A stretch of 64,000 nucleotides of DNA from Acidobacteriota bacterium (GTDB lineage Bacteria; Acidobacteriota; Polarisedimenticolia; J045), in NCBI GenBank assembly GCA_025456425.1, contig JALOKP010000017.1, positions 2,128 through 66,127 of the forward strand, in the 5' to 3' direction. Both the position numbers and the translations under genes were made by a program. Shown piece by piece: positions 35,649 to 43,793 of this stretch. A model generated the notes under the pieces. That model worked only from the letters and a program-made list of their open reading frames with translations. It did no database searches and was not told where the DNA came from. Positions within the stretch are counted from its first letter, which is position 1, and each line of letters begins with the position of its first letter.

Positions 35649-38600
35649 CGTGTCCTCCGGCCGCCGCGTGCTGGACGAGGTACTCGCCCGAAGAGAGCGC
35701 GAGGTAGAGCGCCGTCATCGCGCGGCGCGTGGTGCTGGTGCTGTGGGCGTTCAGCGAGCGCAGCAGCGAGTCGCGCATCCCGGCCGACATCCGGCCGTAG
35801 AAGAAGCGCTCGTCGACCAGGTCGACCAGTTGCGTGGGCTGGCCGGCGACCGCGCGGTAGGGCTCGAGGTCGATCGCGATCTCCTTGCGGTAGTTCTCGT
35901 TGAGGTAGCGGTAGAGCAGGTTGGCCCGCGAGACCGAGGTCAGCGGGGTGTAGATCTGGAACTCCGGCCCGTACAGCCCCTCCTCGACCTGGTGCAGCGG
36001 CGAGAAGTAGTTGAAGACCGACGGCGACTCCAGCAGCCGCTGGCCCAGGTCGCGGGTCTCGGTCAGGGTCAGCGTGCGGTCGGGCTGGACCTGCCCGTCC
36101 AGCGCGCGCAGCACGCCGGCCAGGTAGAGGATCGGCTCGCGCAGCTTGCCGGTCTCGGGCGTGAGCTCGGCCGAGCGCGCCTCGGGGTCGAGCAGCACGG
36201 CCTTCAGCACCGCGCGCAGATCGCCGCGCACCCCCTTGCCGTTGTTCTCGAACGCCTGGCTCACGCGCGCGACGTAGGCCGGGCTGGGGTTGCTCTTGAC
36301 CAGGTGACGGATCAGCCGCGTGCCGATGAACGGGCCGACGTTGGGGTGGGCCGCGATGTTGTCCAGCGCCGCCTCCATGTCGAGCGCCGCGCTGCCGCCG
36401 GCGGGGATCGTGAAGCCGTTCAGCAGCACCTTGGAACCGGTGTCGTGGGCCGGGTCGTAGGGGACCATCGGCCCCGAGTAGTTCTGGCGGGTCGGCCAGC
36501 GGAAGGTCTCCCCTTCCGGCACCGGCCAGCCCCAGCCGGTCATCGCGCGGGCCATCTCCAGGATCGTGTCCTGGGTGTAGGTCGGGACCGGTTTGCCGTC
36601 GCCGCCCAGCACCGGCGTCCCGTCGGAGTTCAGTTGGTCCAGGCCGATCGAGAAGAGCTGCAGCACCTCGCGCGGGTAGTTCTCGTTGGGCTGGCTCGAG
36701 CCGTCGGCCGCGGCCTTGGCGCTGTTGGCCAGGTCGAGGTAGCGGCCCATCGTCGGGCTCAGCGTGACCGTCTCGAGCAGCTCGCGGTAGGTCCCGAAGG
36801 CCTGCTGGCTGAGCATCCGCTGCCAGATCAGGAGCTGCTCGGGATCGCCCGTCTTGTTCGCCGAGATCACGAAGATCTGGCCCAGCGCGAAGATCGTTCG
36901 CTGCCGCAGCTGGTCCTCGCCCTGCAGCATCGCGCGGCTGAAGGCCAGGCGGACGTCGACGTCGAGGCACTTCTCGAGCGGCTCGGGGTACTCCGACTCG
37001 GGGAGTGCGAACTGCTCGTCGATCCAGCCCTCGAACCCCAGCTCGCGGACCCGGTCGAGCGTCTCGGCGTCGGGGCCGAAGGCGGCCTGCTCGAGGAAGC
37101 GGCCGGCCTCGGCGGCGGAGACGCGGTAGGTCGTCGTCGAAGGGTCGGAGAGGATCGCCAGCGTCGCCGACGGCGAGATGGAGCCGCCCGGGTCGGGGTT
37201 GACGACCTGGATCGCCGCCTTCCGTCCCGTTTCGCGCGACGCGGTGCCGCGGGCCTCGAGGCGGGTCGGCGAGACGTAGGTCACGGCGATGTCGACGCCG
37301 TTGTAGAGCACGCGCGAGGTCGGCATGTAGCCGGCGCCGCGCACCGAGATCATGAAGGCGCCCGGCCGCACCGCGTCCGGGAAGACGCCGGCGATCGTCG
37401 GCAGCGGGTTGGTGATCGTGACCACCGACTGCCCGGTGGCGGGGGGGGTGGTCGAGCTGGTCGCGGTGATCGTCACCACGGGCGGGACGGGTGGCATCGG
37501 CGGCGCGGTGTACCAGCCGTCGCCGTTGACCTTGCCGAGCGCGTCGTTGCCGCCCGCGATCCCGTTGACCGCCCAGGCGAACGGGTGCTCCGGGTCGCCC
37601 TGCAGCGTGGCATGGAACTGCATCCCGCTGGCGGCCGGCATCGAGGCGGTGGCCGGGTCGATCGTGACCTTGGTGTTGACGCCGTACTCGATCGTGACCG
37701 TGATCGCGTTGGAGCGGCGCTGCGTCGGCATGCTCTCGACGACGGTCATCGAGGCGCGCGGGACCATCGAGGTCGGGATCGTGCCGGTGGCGGTCAGGCG
37801 CGTCGGCGAGACGAAGGTCGTGGTCAGCGCCAGGCTCCCCAGCGTGGCCTTGCTGGCCGGCGTGAACCCGCTCCCCTCGAGCGTGAAGCTCGCCGAGCCG
37901 GTCGCGACCGTCGACGGCGTGACCGACGAGAGCTGGAGCGGCGCGAGCGCCTCGATCGCGATCCGGTAGGGGGCCGAGTCGCGGGCCGGGGGGCCGCCGT
38001 CGTGCAGCACCAGGTCGGCGCCGGGGGCGAGGCTCTCGGGAACGGTGCCGGTCGCCTGCAGCGAGGTCGCCGACAGGAACTTCGTGGTCAGAGGGGTGGT
38101 GCCGATCGCGGCCCGCGTGCCGGCGGTGAATCCCGTGCCGGTGATCGCGAAGGTCACCTTGCCCGGGGCGATCTTGTCGGGCGAGACGGCGGTGACCACC
38201 AGCGGCTCGACCGGCGTGACCGGCACGGCCAGCGGGTCCGAGCGCCGCGCCGGCGGGCCCTCGTCGAGCAGCACGAGCGAAGCCCCGGGGGCCATCGACT
38301 CCGGCACGATGCCCGCCGCGAAGAGCAGCCGGTCCGAGATGAAGGTCGTGGTCAGCGCGACCCCGCCGAGCTGGACGCGGGTCGTCGGCGTGAAGCCGCT
38401 CCCGGTGATCGTCAGTTCGACTGCACCGACGTAAACCGCAGGCGGGGCGACGCTCTCGAGCGCCAGCGGCGTCACGCGCTCGATCACGATCGCGAGCGGT
38501 GCGGAGCGGCGTTCCGGCGTGCTGGCATCGACCAGCACCAGCGCGGCGCCCGGGACCATCGACTCGGGGACCTCGCCCGACGCCGTGAGTTCCGTCGCGG

Positions 38601-39663
38601 AGTGGACCGTCGTGGCCAGCGCCAGCTCGCCGAGCCGCGCGATCGTGTCCGCCTCGAAGCCGCTGCCGTTGACCGTGAAGGTCACGGGCCCGTTGTAGAC
38701 GCGCTCCGGCTCTGCCGTGTCCAGAACCAGCGGCAGGTGACTGACCGCCAGAGTGAAGGGCGCCGAGCGGCGGGCCGGGTTGGCGACGTCGACGACGACC
38801 AGCGGGGCGCCGGGGATCATCGACTCCGGGACGATGCCGCGGGCCTCGAGCGCGGCCGGCGAGAGCAGCGTCGTCGCCAGCTCCTGCGCACCGAGCAGGA
38901 CGCGTGAGGCGGCGTCGAAGCCGCTGCCGGAGATCGCCAGCGTGACCGGCCCGGGGTGGACCGCGGAGGGGGTCACCGAAGCGATCGCGGGGGGAGGACG
39001 GACGGTGATCGCGATCGTCCTGGGCTGGCTGGCGCGGCGCGGCGGACCGGGGTCGACGACGACCAGCTCCGCCTGCGGTGCGAGCTCGTCCGGGACGACG
39101 CCCGTCGCGACCAGTTGCGTCGCCGAGACGAAGCTCGCCGCCAGCTCGACCTTGCCCAGCGCGACGCGGCAGGCCGGGGTGAAGCCGGTACCGGTGAGCG
39201 TCAGGCTCACGGGACCGGACTCGATCGCGGCCGGCGCGACGGCGTCGACGACGAGCGGCGCGCCGCCGGGCAGGATCTTCACGCGGGCAGAGGCCGTCGC
39301 GGCCGGGTCGGCAACGCTGGCCGCCTTCACCGTCACCGTGATCCCGCCACCGCTCCAGGCCGGGGCGCGGTAGACGCCGCGCTCGTTGATGGTGCCGACG
39401 ACCTCGTTTCCGCCCGGAACGCCGTCCACCGTCCAGGTCACCGCCCGGTCGGGGGTGTTCTTGACGCTCGCGGTGAAGCGCTTGATGCCATCGACCGGCA
39501 GCGTCGCAGAGGCCGGCTTGAGCTTGATCAGCACCGGCCCTTTGGACTTGGCGGCCAGCGCGGGGAGCGCCGCGCCGAGCGCGAGCGCCAGCACGACGGC
39601 CAGCGCCAGGCGGCGGCGGATCGAGTCAGAGCGGACGGGAGAGGACGGCCCACGCGTGTTCAT
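34444..39663 (-). CDS. DUF1800 family protein with multiple N-terminal Ig-like/IPT-TIG repeats; homology ends at about 35668 and the native stop appears to be missing
   Basis: Signal peptide and about six (V.P..V..G...L.GSGF) repeats. DUF1800 motifs RFLEQAAFGP, DQLRQR, PNENYPREVLQLFSIG, HPNVGPFI and PSVFNYF. After EYLVQH the ORF runs about 400 low-quality codons over DUF1501. Confidence 0.85.
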   Translation of the reverse strand: MNTRGPSSPVRSDSIRRRLALAVVLALALGAALPALAAKSKGPVLIKLKPASATLPVDGIKRFTASVKNTPDRAVTWTVDGVPGGNEVVGTINERGVYRAPAWSGGGITVTVKAASVADPAATASARVKILPGGAPLVVDAVAPAAIESGPVSLTLTGTGFTPACRVALGKVELAASFVSATQLVATGVVPDELAPQAELVVVDPGPPRRASQPRTIAITVRPPPAIASVTPSAVHPGPVTLAISGSGFDAASRVLLGAQELATTLLSPAALEARGIVPESMIPGAPLVVVDVANPARRSAPFTLAVSHLPLVLDTAEPERVYNGPVTFTVNGSGFEADTIARLGELALATTVHSATELTASGEVPESMVPGAALVLVDASTPERRSAPLAIVIERVTPLALESVAPPAVYVGAVELTITGSGFTPTTRVQLGGVALTTTFISDRLLFAAGIVPESMAPGASLVLLDEGPPARRSDPLAVPVTPVEPLVVTAVSPDKIAPGKVTFAITGTGFTAGTRAAIGTTPLTTKFLSATSLQATGTVPESLAPGADLVLHDGGPPARDSAPYRIAIEALAPLQLSSVTPSTVATGSASFTLEGSGFTPASKATLGSLALTTTFVSPTRLTATGTIPTSMVPRASMTVVESMPTQRRSNAITVTIEYGVNTKVTIDPATASMPAASGMQFHATLQGDPEHPFAWAVNGIAGGNDALGKVNGDGWYTAPPMPPVPPVVTITATSSTTPPATGQSVVTITNPLPTIAGVFPDAVRPGAFMISVRGAGYMPTSRVLYNGVDIAVTYVSPTRLEARGTASRETGRKAAIQVVNPDPGGSISPSATLAILSDPSTTTYRVSAAEAGRFLEQAAFGPDAETLDRVRELGFEGWIDEQFALPESEYPEPLEKCLDVDVRLAFSRAMLQGEDQLRQRTIFALGQIFVISANKTGDPEQLLIWQRMLSQQAFGTYRELLETVTLSPTMGRYLDLANSAKAAADGSSQPNENYPREVLQLFSIGLDQLNSDGTPVLGGDGKPVPTYTQDTILEMARAMTGWGWPVPEGETFRWPTRQNYSGPMVPYDPAHDTGSKVLLNGFTIPAGGSAALDMEAALDNIAAHPNVGPFIGTRLIRHLVKSNPSPAYVARVSQAFENNGKGVRGDLRAVLKAVLLDPEARSAELTPETGKLREPILYLAGVLRALDGQVQPDRTLTLTETRDLGQRLLESPSVFNYFSPLHQVEEGLYGPEFQIYTPLTSVSRANLLYRYLNENYRKEIAIDLEPYRAVAGQPTQLVDLVDERFFYGRMSAGMRDSLLRSLNAHSTSTTRRAMTALYLALSSGEYLVQHAAAGGHDENPQGIDASRVPPRQRPHGAGAGHGGSARALRPLQRLRPGGRRLPRAGLRLHVRRQRLQQPGRAARRRALRPVPAGARHAGAAVDGGASDRDFDRRRVRAAPQPVGAAHALYRKADGDRRQHRQPGPPDHARRVPRPHRAGPRPALLARGPDRADAGRDPGRLLDRLGRSQRRPAPGPERHARLPAVAVDVGLRPVLHRRAGRLGGAWQRQPGAPGAQGLERAGPRRAVPVAPGDPADGQRDAADPEVERDPRQGRRAGRDAAQRGARAGAADAVPEQRTGAAAQGGHALHPTARRLRAAAPGLLLLDGRLRHPLRPAPLAGRPPRGGLRGDGRLLPRDRGAGRGGLGHGLHRVGLQPHAEPLGERHRPRLGRPPPRAGRRGAGGRHVRDLPLAAARRPG

Positions 39664-39695
39664 GTCGGATCCCCCACGATCTCGGGGGCGGGAAA

Positions 39696-39711
39696 TGCAA
39701 ACGGTGGGCCA
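39696..39711 (-). promoter_or_regulatory. Sigma54 promoter of the DUF1800-DUF1501 operon
   Basis: TGGCCCACCGTTTGCA (GG-N10-GC) lies 32 nt upstream of the ATG. Confidence 0.7.
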
Positions 39712-39819
39712 GTCCGCGGAAACCCGCTCCGCGCGGTTCGCCGCGGTTCGGGCGGGTTCCCGGGGCGAGCGGCGCCGCAGGGCGGTGCAGTGCGCCGCGG
39801 AGGTCGGATGCGCTTTTCG

Positions 39820-40848
39820 TTACGCGGGTGCCGTGCGACGGTCGTCCGCGAAACCGAGCCGTAAGAGCAGCGCCTCGGCCTCGCGCCCGGCGTCGCCGCC
39901 GAGCCCGCGCGCCGCGCGCAGGGCCAGCCGCTCGGCGGCCGGGATGTACTGCGTGAAGCGCTCGCGGCCCAGCCGCAGCGCCTGGAAGGCGTAGGTCCCG
40001 ATCGCCTTGAGATCGCGCTGCAGCGCGACCCAGGCGAAGAGCGGGTCGGCGGCGGGGTTGGGGCCGCCCGCCTCGGCGACGTAGGCGCGCGCCGCCTCGT
40101 CCTCCAGCGCGGGGGCGGGGACGACGTACGGGTCGCGCACCAGCGACGCCAGGTCGTACCAGGCCGGCGCGAGCAGCGCGTCCTGGTAGTCGACGACACC
40201 GAGCAACGGGCCGGGGCGCACCAGCAGGTTGCGGGCGTGGAAGTCGCGGTGCGCCAGCGCCAGGGGGCGCGCGGTGAGCTGCGCGACGATCGCGCCGGAG
40301 AACTCTGCGAGTGCCCGGAGCAGCCCCTGGTCGCAGACGCCGCGCCGGCCAGCCACGTCGTGCACGGCGAAGAAGGCCAGTTCCATCCGCAGGCGCTCTT
40401 TCGCCAGCATCGGCCAGGCCAGCGGGTGCTCGACCTTCACTTCCGGCGTGCCGAGCCGCGCGATCCGCCCCGCGATCCGGCCGGCCTCGCCGTAGAGCGC
40501 GCGCTGCTCGGCGCCGGTCTGCGAGCGCAGCGCGTCGGCCAGCAGCCAGTCGCCCAGGTCCTCCAGCAGCAGCGCCGGGATCCGGTCGTCGCGATCGAGG
40601 ATCTCCGCCACCGGGATCTCGATCGCGCGCAGCAGCGCGCACGCGGCCTGCATCCGGTCGAGCGCGGCGGTCCCGCCGCGGGCGTCGACGCAGGCGACGG
40701 CGGTCCCCCCCGCGGTCCGCTCGATCCGCCAGAACTGGCGGACCGAGGCGTCCGCGGCCAGCCGCTCGACGCGGCGCGCGGGCCCGAAGCGGCGGCGCAG
40801 CAGGCGCTCCACGGTGGCGGCGGGGCGGGCTTCCGCGGGCGGCGTCAC
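39820..40848 (-). CDS. APH-family phosphotransferase (AmgK-like anomeric MurNAc/GlcNAc kinase)
   Basis: LAADASVRQFWR, LLEDLGD, HRDFHARNL, DYQDA, YDLASL and QRDLKAIGT. Confidence 0.88.
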   Translation of the reverse strand: MTPPAEARPAATVERLLRRRFGPARRVERLAADASVRQFWRIERTAGGTAVACVDARGGTAALDRMQAACALLRAIEIPVAEILDRDDRIPALLLEDLGDWLLADALRSQTGAEQRALYGEAGRIAGRIARLGTPEVKVEHPLAWPMLAKERLRMELAFFAVHDVAGRRGVCDQGLLRALAEFSGAIVAQLTARPLALAHRDFHARNLLVRPGPLLGVVDYQDALLAPAWYDLASLVRDPYVVPAPALEDEAARAYVAEAGGPNPAADPLFAWVALQRDLKAIGTYAFQALRLGRERFTQYIPAAERLALRAARGLGGDAGREAEALLLRLGFADDRRTAPA

Positions 40849-41909
40849 GGCCCCTCCAGGTCGGCGAAGGGGACGCAGTGCACGCGCCCGGAGGCGTCGT
40901 CCGGGTCCGCGAGGACGACGCCGTCGCGGAACGCCGCGCCGGGCGGGACGCGCGTGCCGGGCATCACGACCGTCTGCCAGAGCAGCGAACCGGGCGCGGC
41001 TTCGGCCCCTTCGAGCAGCACGCTGCCGGTGATCGAGGCCCCGCGGTGCGCCCTCGCGCCGGCCTCCAGCACGACGCCGCCGTCGAAGATCGCGCCGGGA
41101 TCGGCCACCGCGCCGCCGGCCAGCGCGAAGCGCGCTCCCTGCGGCGGACCGGTGCGCGTCACCGATGCGTCGCCTCCCACCAGGCCGGCGGTCGCGTTCC
41201 CGCCCGCGAGCGCCAGCGCGCAGCAGTGCGCGCGGTAGCGGCCCGGCGAGGTGAACTCGATCCACGGTCCGCCGTACGGGACGACGGCCAGCGTGCCCCC
41301 GCCGGCGAGCGCCGGCAGCAGGAGGTCGCGGAACAGCTCGGACGGGCGGCCTGGCGCGACGCGCTCGAGCACCGCGCGCGCCAGCAGCGCGACGCCCAGG
41401 TAGGTCGCCTCCGCTTCGCCGGCGTCGCGCGCCGCACCGAGCCCGAGAAACTGCCCGCCCGCGACCCGCACCGGGTTGTAGCGCGGGTCGCGGCCCGGGC
41501 GGACCAGCAGCGCGCCCAGCGTCGTCCCGGCCGCCGCCTCGCGCAGCGCCGCGACCGGCGCCGCCAGCAGCGTGTCGCCGTTGTGCAGCAGGAAGTGCGG
41601 CGCCTCGGCCAGCCGCGCGGCCGGCGCGGCCAGCGCGCCGCCGGTCCCCATCAGCTCGCGCTCGGGGTACAGCTCGACGCGGCCCGCCGGCAGCCCGGCC
41701 CGCGCGCAGGCTGCGCCGATCGAGTCCGGGGCATGCCAGGCGTTGACGGCGAAGCCGCTCACCCCCTGCCCCGCGAGGTGCTTCACGATCCGCGCGACCA
41801 GCGGGACACCCAGGACCGGCAACGCCGGCTTGGCCCGCGCGGTGGTCAGCGGGCGCATCCGCTCGCCGCGGCCCGCGGCGAGGATCATCGCGGGCAGCGG
41901 GGCCGTCAC
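40845..41909 (-). CDS. NDP-sugar nucleotidyltransferase (MurU/GCD1-like) with C-terminal hexapeptide-like region
   Basis: MILAAGRGERMRPLT..KPALPV, GTGGAL and HNGD. Confidence 0.88.
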   Translation of the reverse strand: MTAPLPAMILAAGRGERMRPLTTARAKPALPVLGVPLVARIVKHLAGQGVSGFAVNAWHAPDSIGAACARAGLPAGRVELYPERELMGTGGALAAPAARLAEAPHFLLHNGDTLLAAPVAALREAAAGTTLGALLVRPGRDPRYNPVRVAGGQFLGLGAARDAGEAEATYLGVALLARAVLERVAPGRPSELFRDLLLPALAGGGTLAVVPYGGPWIEFTSPGRYRAHCCALALAGGNATAGLVGGDASVTRTGPPQGARFALAGGAVADPGAIFDGGVVLEAGARAHRGASITGSVLLEGAEAAPGSLLWQTVVMPGTRVPPGAAFRDGVVLADPDDASGRVHCVPFADLEGP

Positions 41910-42463
41910 GCCGACTCCGGGAAGACCATGTCGCCGGGCTCCTCGCGGCCGGTGCGGGCCTGGTGCAGTTCGCGGTAGGTGCGCGTGTCGTAGTCTGCGG
42001 GCGAGAACCCCAGCGCGCGCGCGGCCGCGTCGATCGCGTCGGGCGGCCCCTCGAGCTCCAGGAAGTTGCCGACCGGCGTCTCGTCCAGCAGCACTTCGAT
42101 CGCGCCCAGGTGGTAGGGCTGGCGGTACTTCTGGTAGCGCCAGGCCGGCTCGTAGCCGAGCGCGCGCAGCACCTGGTCGATCGCGCCGGCGTCCGCCACC
42201 TCGGTCTCGTACTCGTCGCGGACCTTGTAGCGCGTGTCACCGGGCGTCCCCTCGGGCCGGGCCTTGAAGGTCAGCACGGTGCGGCCGCCGACGCTGCGCA
42301 GGCGGAGCAGGCGGCCTGCGCCCTTCAGCGAGCGTGCGGCGTCGTCGTAGAGCCGGTTGTCCTCGAACGAGCGTGCGGCCAGGGCGATCGCGCCGGCCGC
42401 GCCCAGGCGGCGCCGCGCCTCGTCGGCGTCGTCGATCGCCAGCTTGACCTCGATCTCCTTCAT
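41906..42463 (-). CDS. CYTH-domain protein (class IV adenylate cyclase-like)
   Basis: EIEVK, LRLR, LTFK, EYET, YQKYR and DETPVGNFLELEG. Confidence 0.92.
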   Translation of the reverse strand: MKEIEVKLAIDDADEARRRLGAAGAIALAARSFEDNRLYDDAARSLKGAGRLLRLRSVGGRTVLTFKARPEGTPGDTRYKVRDEYETEVADAGAIDQVLRALGYEPAWRYQKYRQPYHLGAIEVLLDETPVGNFLELEGPPDAIDAAARALGFSPADYDTRTYRELHQARTGREEPGDMVFPESA

Positions 42464-42496
42464 CCCGGCCCTCCCCGGCGCCCGCCCCCGGCGGCG

Positions 42497-43465
42497 CTAC
42501 GCCATCTCGAAGGCGCGAGCGAACGCGACCGCGAAGGAGAACGACTTGGCCCGGCTGCGGGCCTCGATCGTCTCGGCCACCCGTTCCAGTCGGGCCGGGA
42601 TCCCGAGGATCTTCTCCTGGGCCATCCGCCCGGCTTCGTTCAGGCCGGTCAGCCTGTCGATCGCCCAGTAGCGGACCTGCTCCTCGACGATCTTCAGGTA
42701 GTCGCGCGGGCCGTAGATCCCGGCGCGCCGGATCACGTCGGCCATCTCGCGGAAGTGCGGCATGCTGATTCCCGGCATGTCGATCGCCGGCATGACCTCG
42801 GCGGCGGAGGCCAGCGCGCGGTTGGGGTCGCGCGCCAGGATGCGTTCGAAGACCGCCCGGTAGAAGACGAAGTGGCGCGCCTCCTCCTTGGCGACGTTCG
42901 CCAGTACCGTGCCGATCAGCGGTTCGTTCTGCCCGGCCAGCTTGCCGGTGTTCGTGTGGCTGACCTGCGTCGCCCGCTCCTGCAGGGTGGTGTAGACGAA
43001 GACGCGGTAGGGGTCGGCGCTCCAGGCTGGCTCGAAGCCGGCCCGCAGGTATTCGAACTGCATCCGCTCCATCTCGGGCAGGTCGAGCACGCGCGACTCG
43101 CGGGCGTAGTCGTGGAGCACCGCGCCGTGGCGGTCCTCCTCGGCGGTCCAGAGGTTGTTCCAGCGCGACCAGAAGGAGCCGGGGCCCAGGTACTGCGAGA
43201 AGATCCGGTGAAAGTGCGGCAACCCCTCCTCCGTGAGGGTGTTGACGCAGAGCGCGATCCGCGCCGGCAGCGGGATCCCCTCGGCGCGGGCGCGCAGATC
43301 CTGGCGGTGCCGGTCGGGATCGGCGTCCGGGGCCGGGTCGAGCAGCTCGGCCGGGGCCCAGAGCGTGCGCTTGGACTCGTGCGCGGCCATCAGCTGTTCG
43401 ACTTCGAGCTCGAGGTCGGCGAGGACCTCGGCCCTTGACTGCGTCTCGCGGGCGGTATCTGTCAT
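42497..43465 (-). CDS. Soluble acyl-ACP desaturase (ferritin-like di-iron, DesA1/FAB2-like)
   Basis: TEEGLPHF, WTAEEDRHG, YTTLQERATQVSH, EEARH and MPG. Confidence 0.93.
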   Translation of the reverse strand: MTDTARETQSRAEVLADLELEVEQLMAAHESKRTLWAPAELLDPAPDADPDRHRQDLRARAEGIPLPARIALCVNTLTEEGLPHFHRIFSQYLGPGSFWSRWNNLWTAEEDRHGAVLHDYARESRVLDLPEMERMQFEYLRAGFEPAWSADPYRVFVYTTLQERATQVSHTNTGKLAGQNEPLIGTVLANVAKEEARHFVFYRAVFERILARDPNRALASAAEVMPAIDMPGISMPHFREMADVIRRAGIYGPRDYLKIVEEQVRYWAIDRLTGLNEAGRMAQEKILGIPARLERVAETIEARSRAKSFSFAVAFARAFEMA

Positions 43466-43793
43466 GGCGTCGGTTCCAGGGGGAGGAGTGCGTCTCGACG
43501 GAGGCTATCTCCGGACGGGCCGCGGGGCTACACCCCCCCCTCCGTGGTCGCTGGGACGTGCCGTGCGCTCGGCTTGATCGACGAGAGCGAACCTGTGAAC
43601 CGGCGGTCTGCTCGCGTGTCGCGCGATCGCCGCGAATCGCCAGGTGAGTCGATCGATCATCAGCCGTGTTGGGAGGCTGCGATGCTCGACACGGCCCTGG
43701 GCCGCGCGATCGAGGACCTCGGCAGCACGGCGCCGACGCGGATGGAGCAGGGCGCCGAGTGGATCGAGTCGCGTCTGACCGCGCTCCCCGGCG

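Noticed and set aside
35542-38907. 1121-aa plus-strand ORF
   Set aside because: Antisense shadow of the DUF1800 gene.
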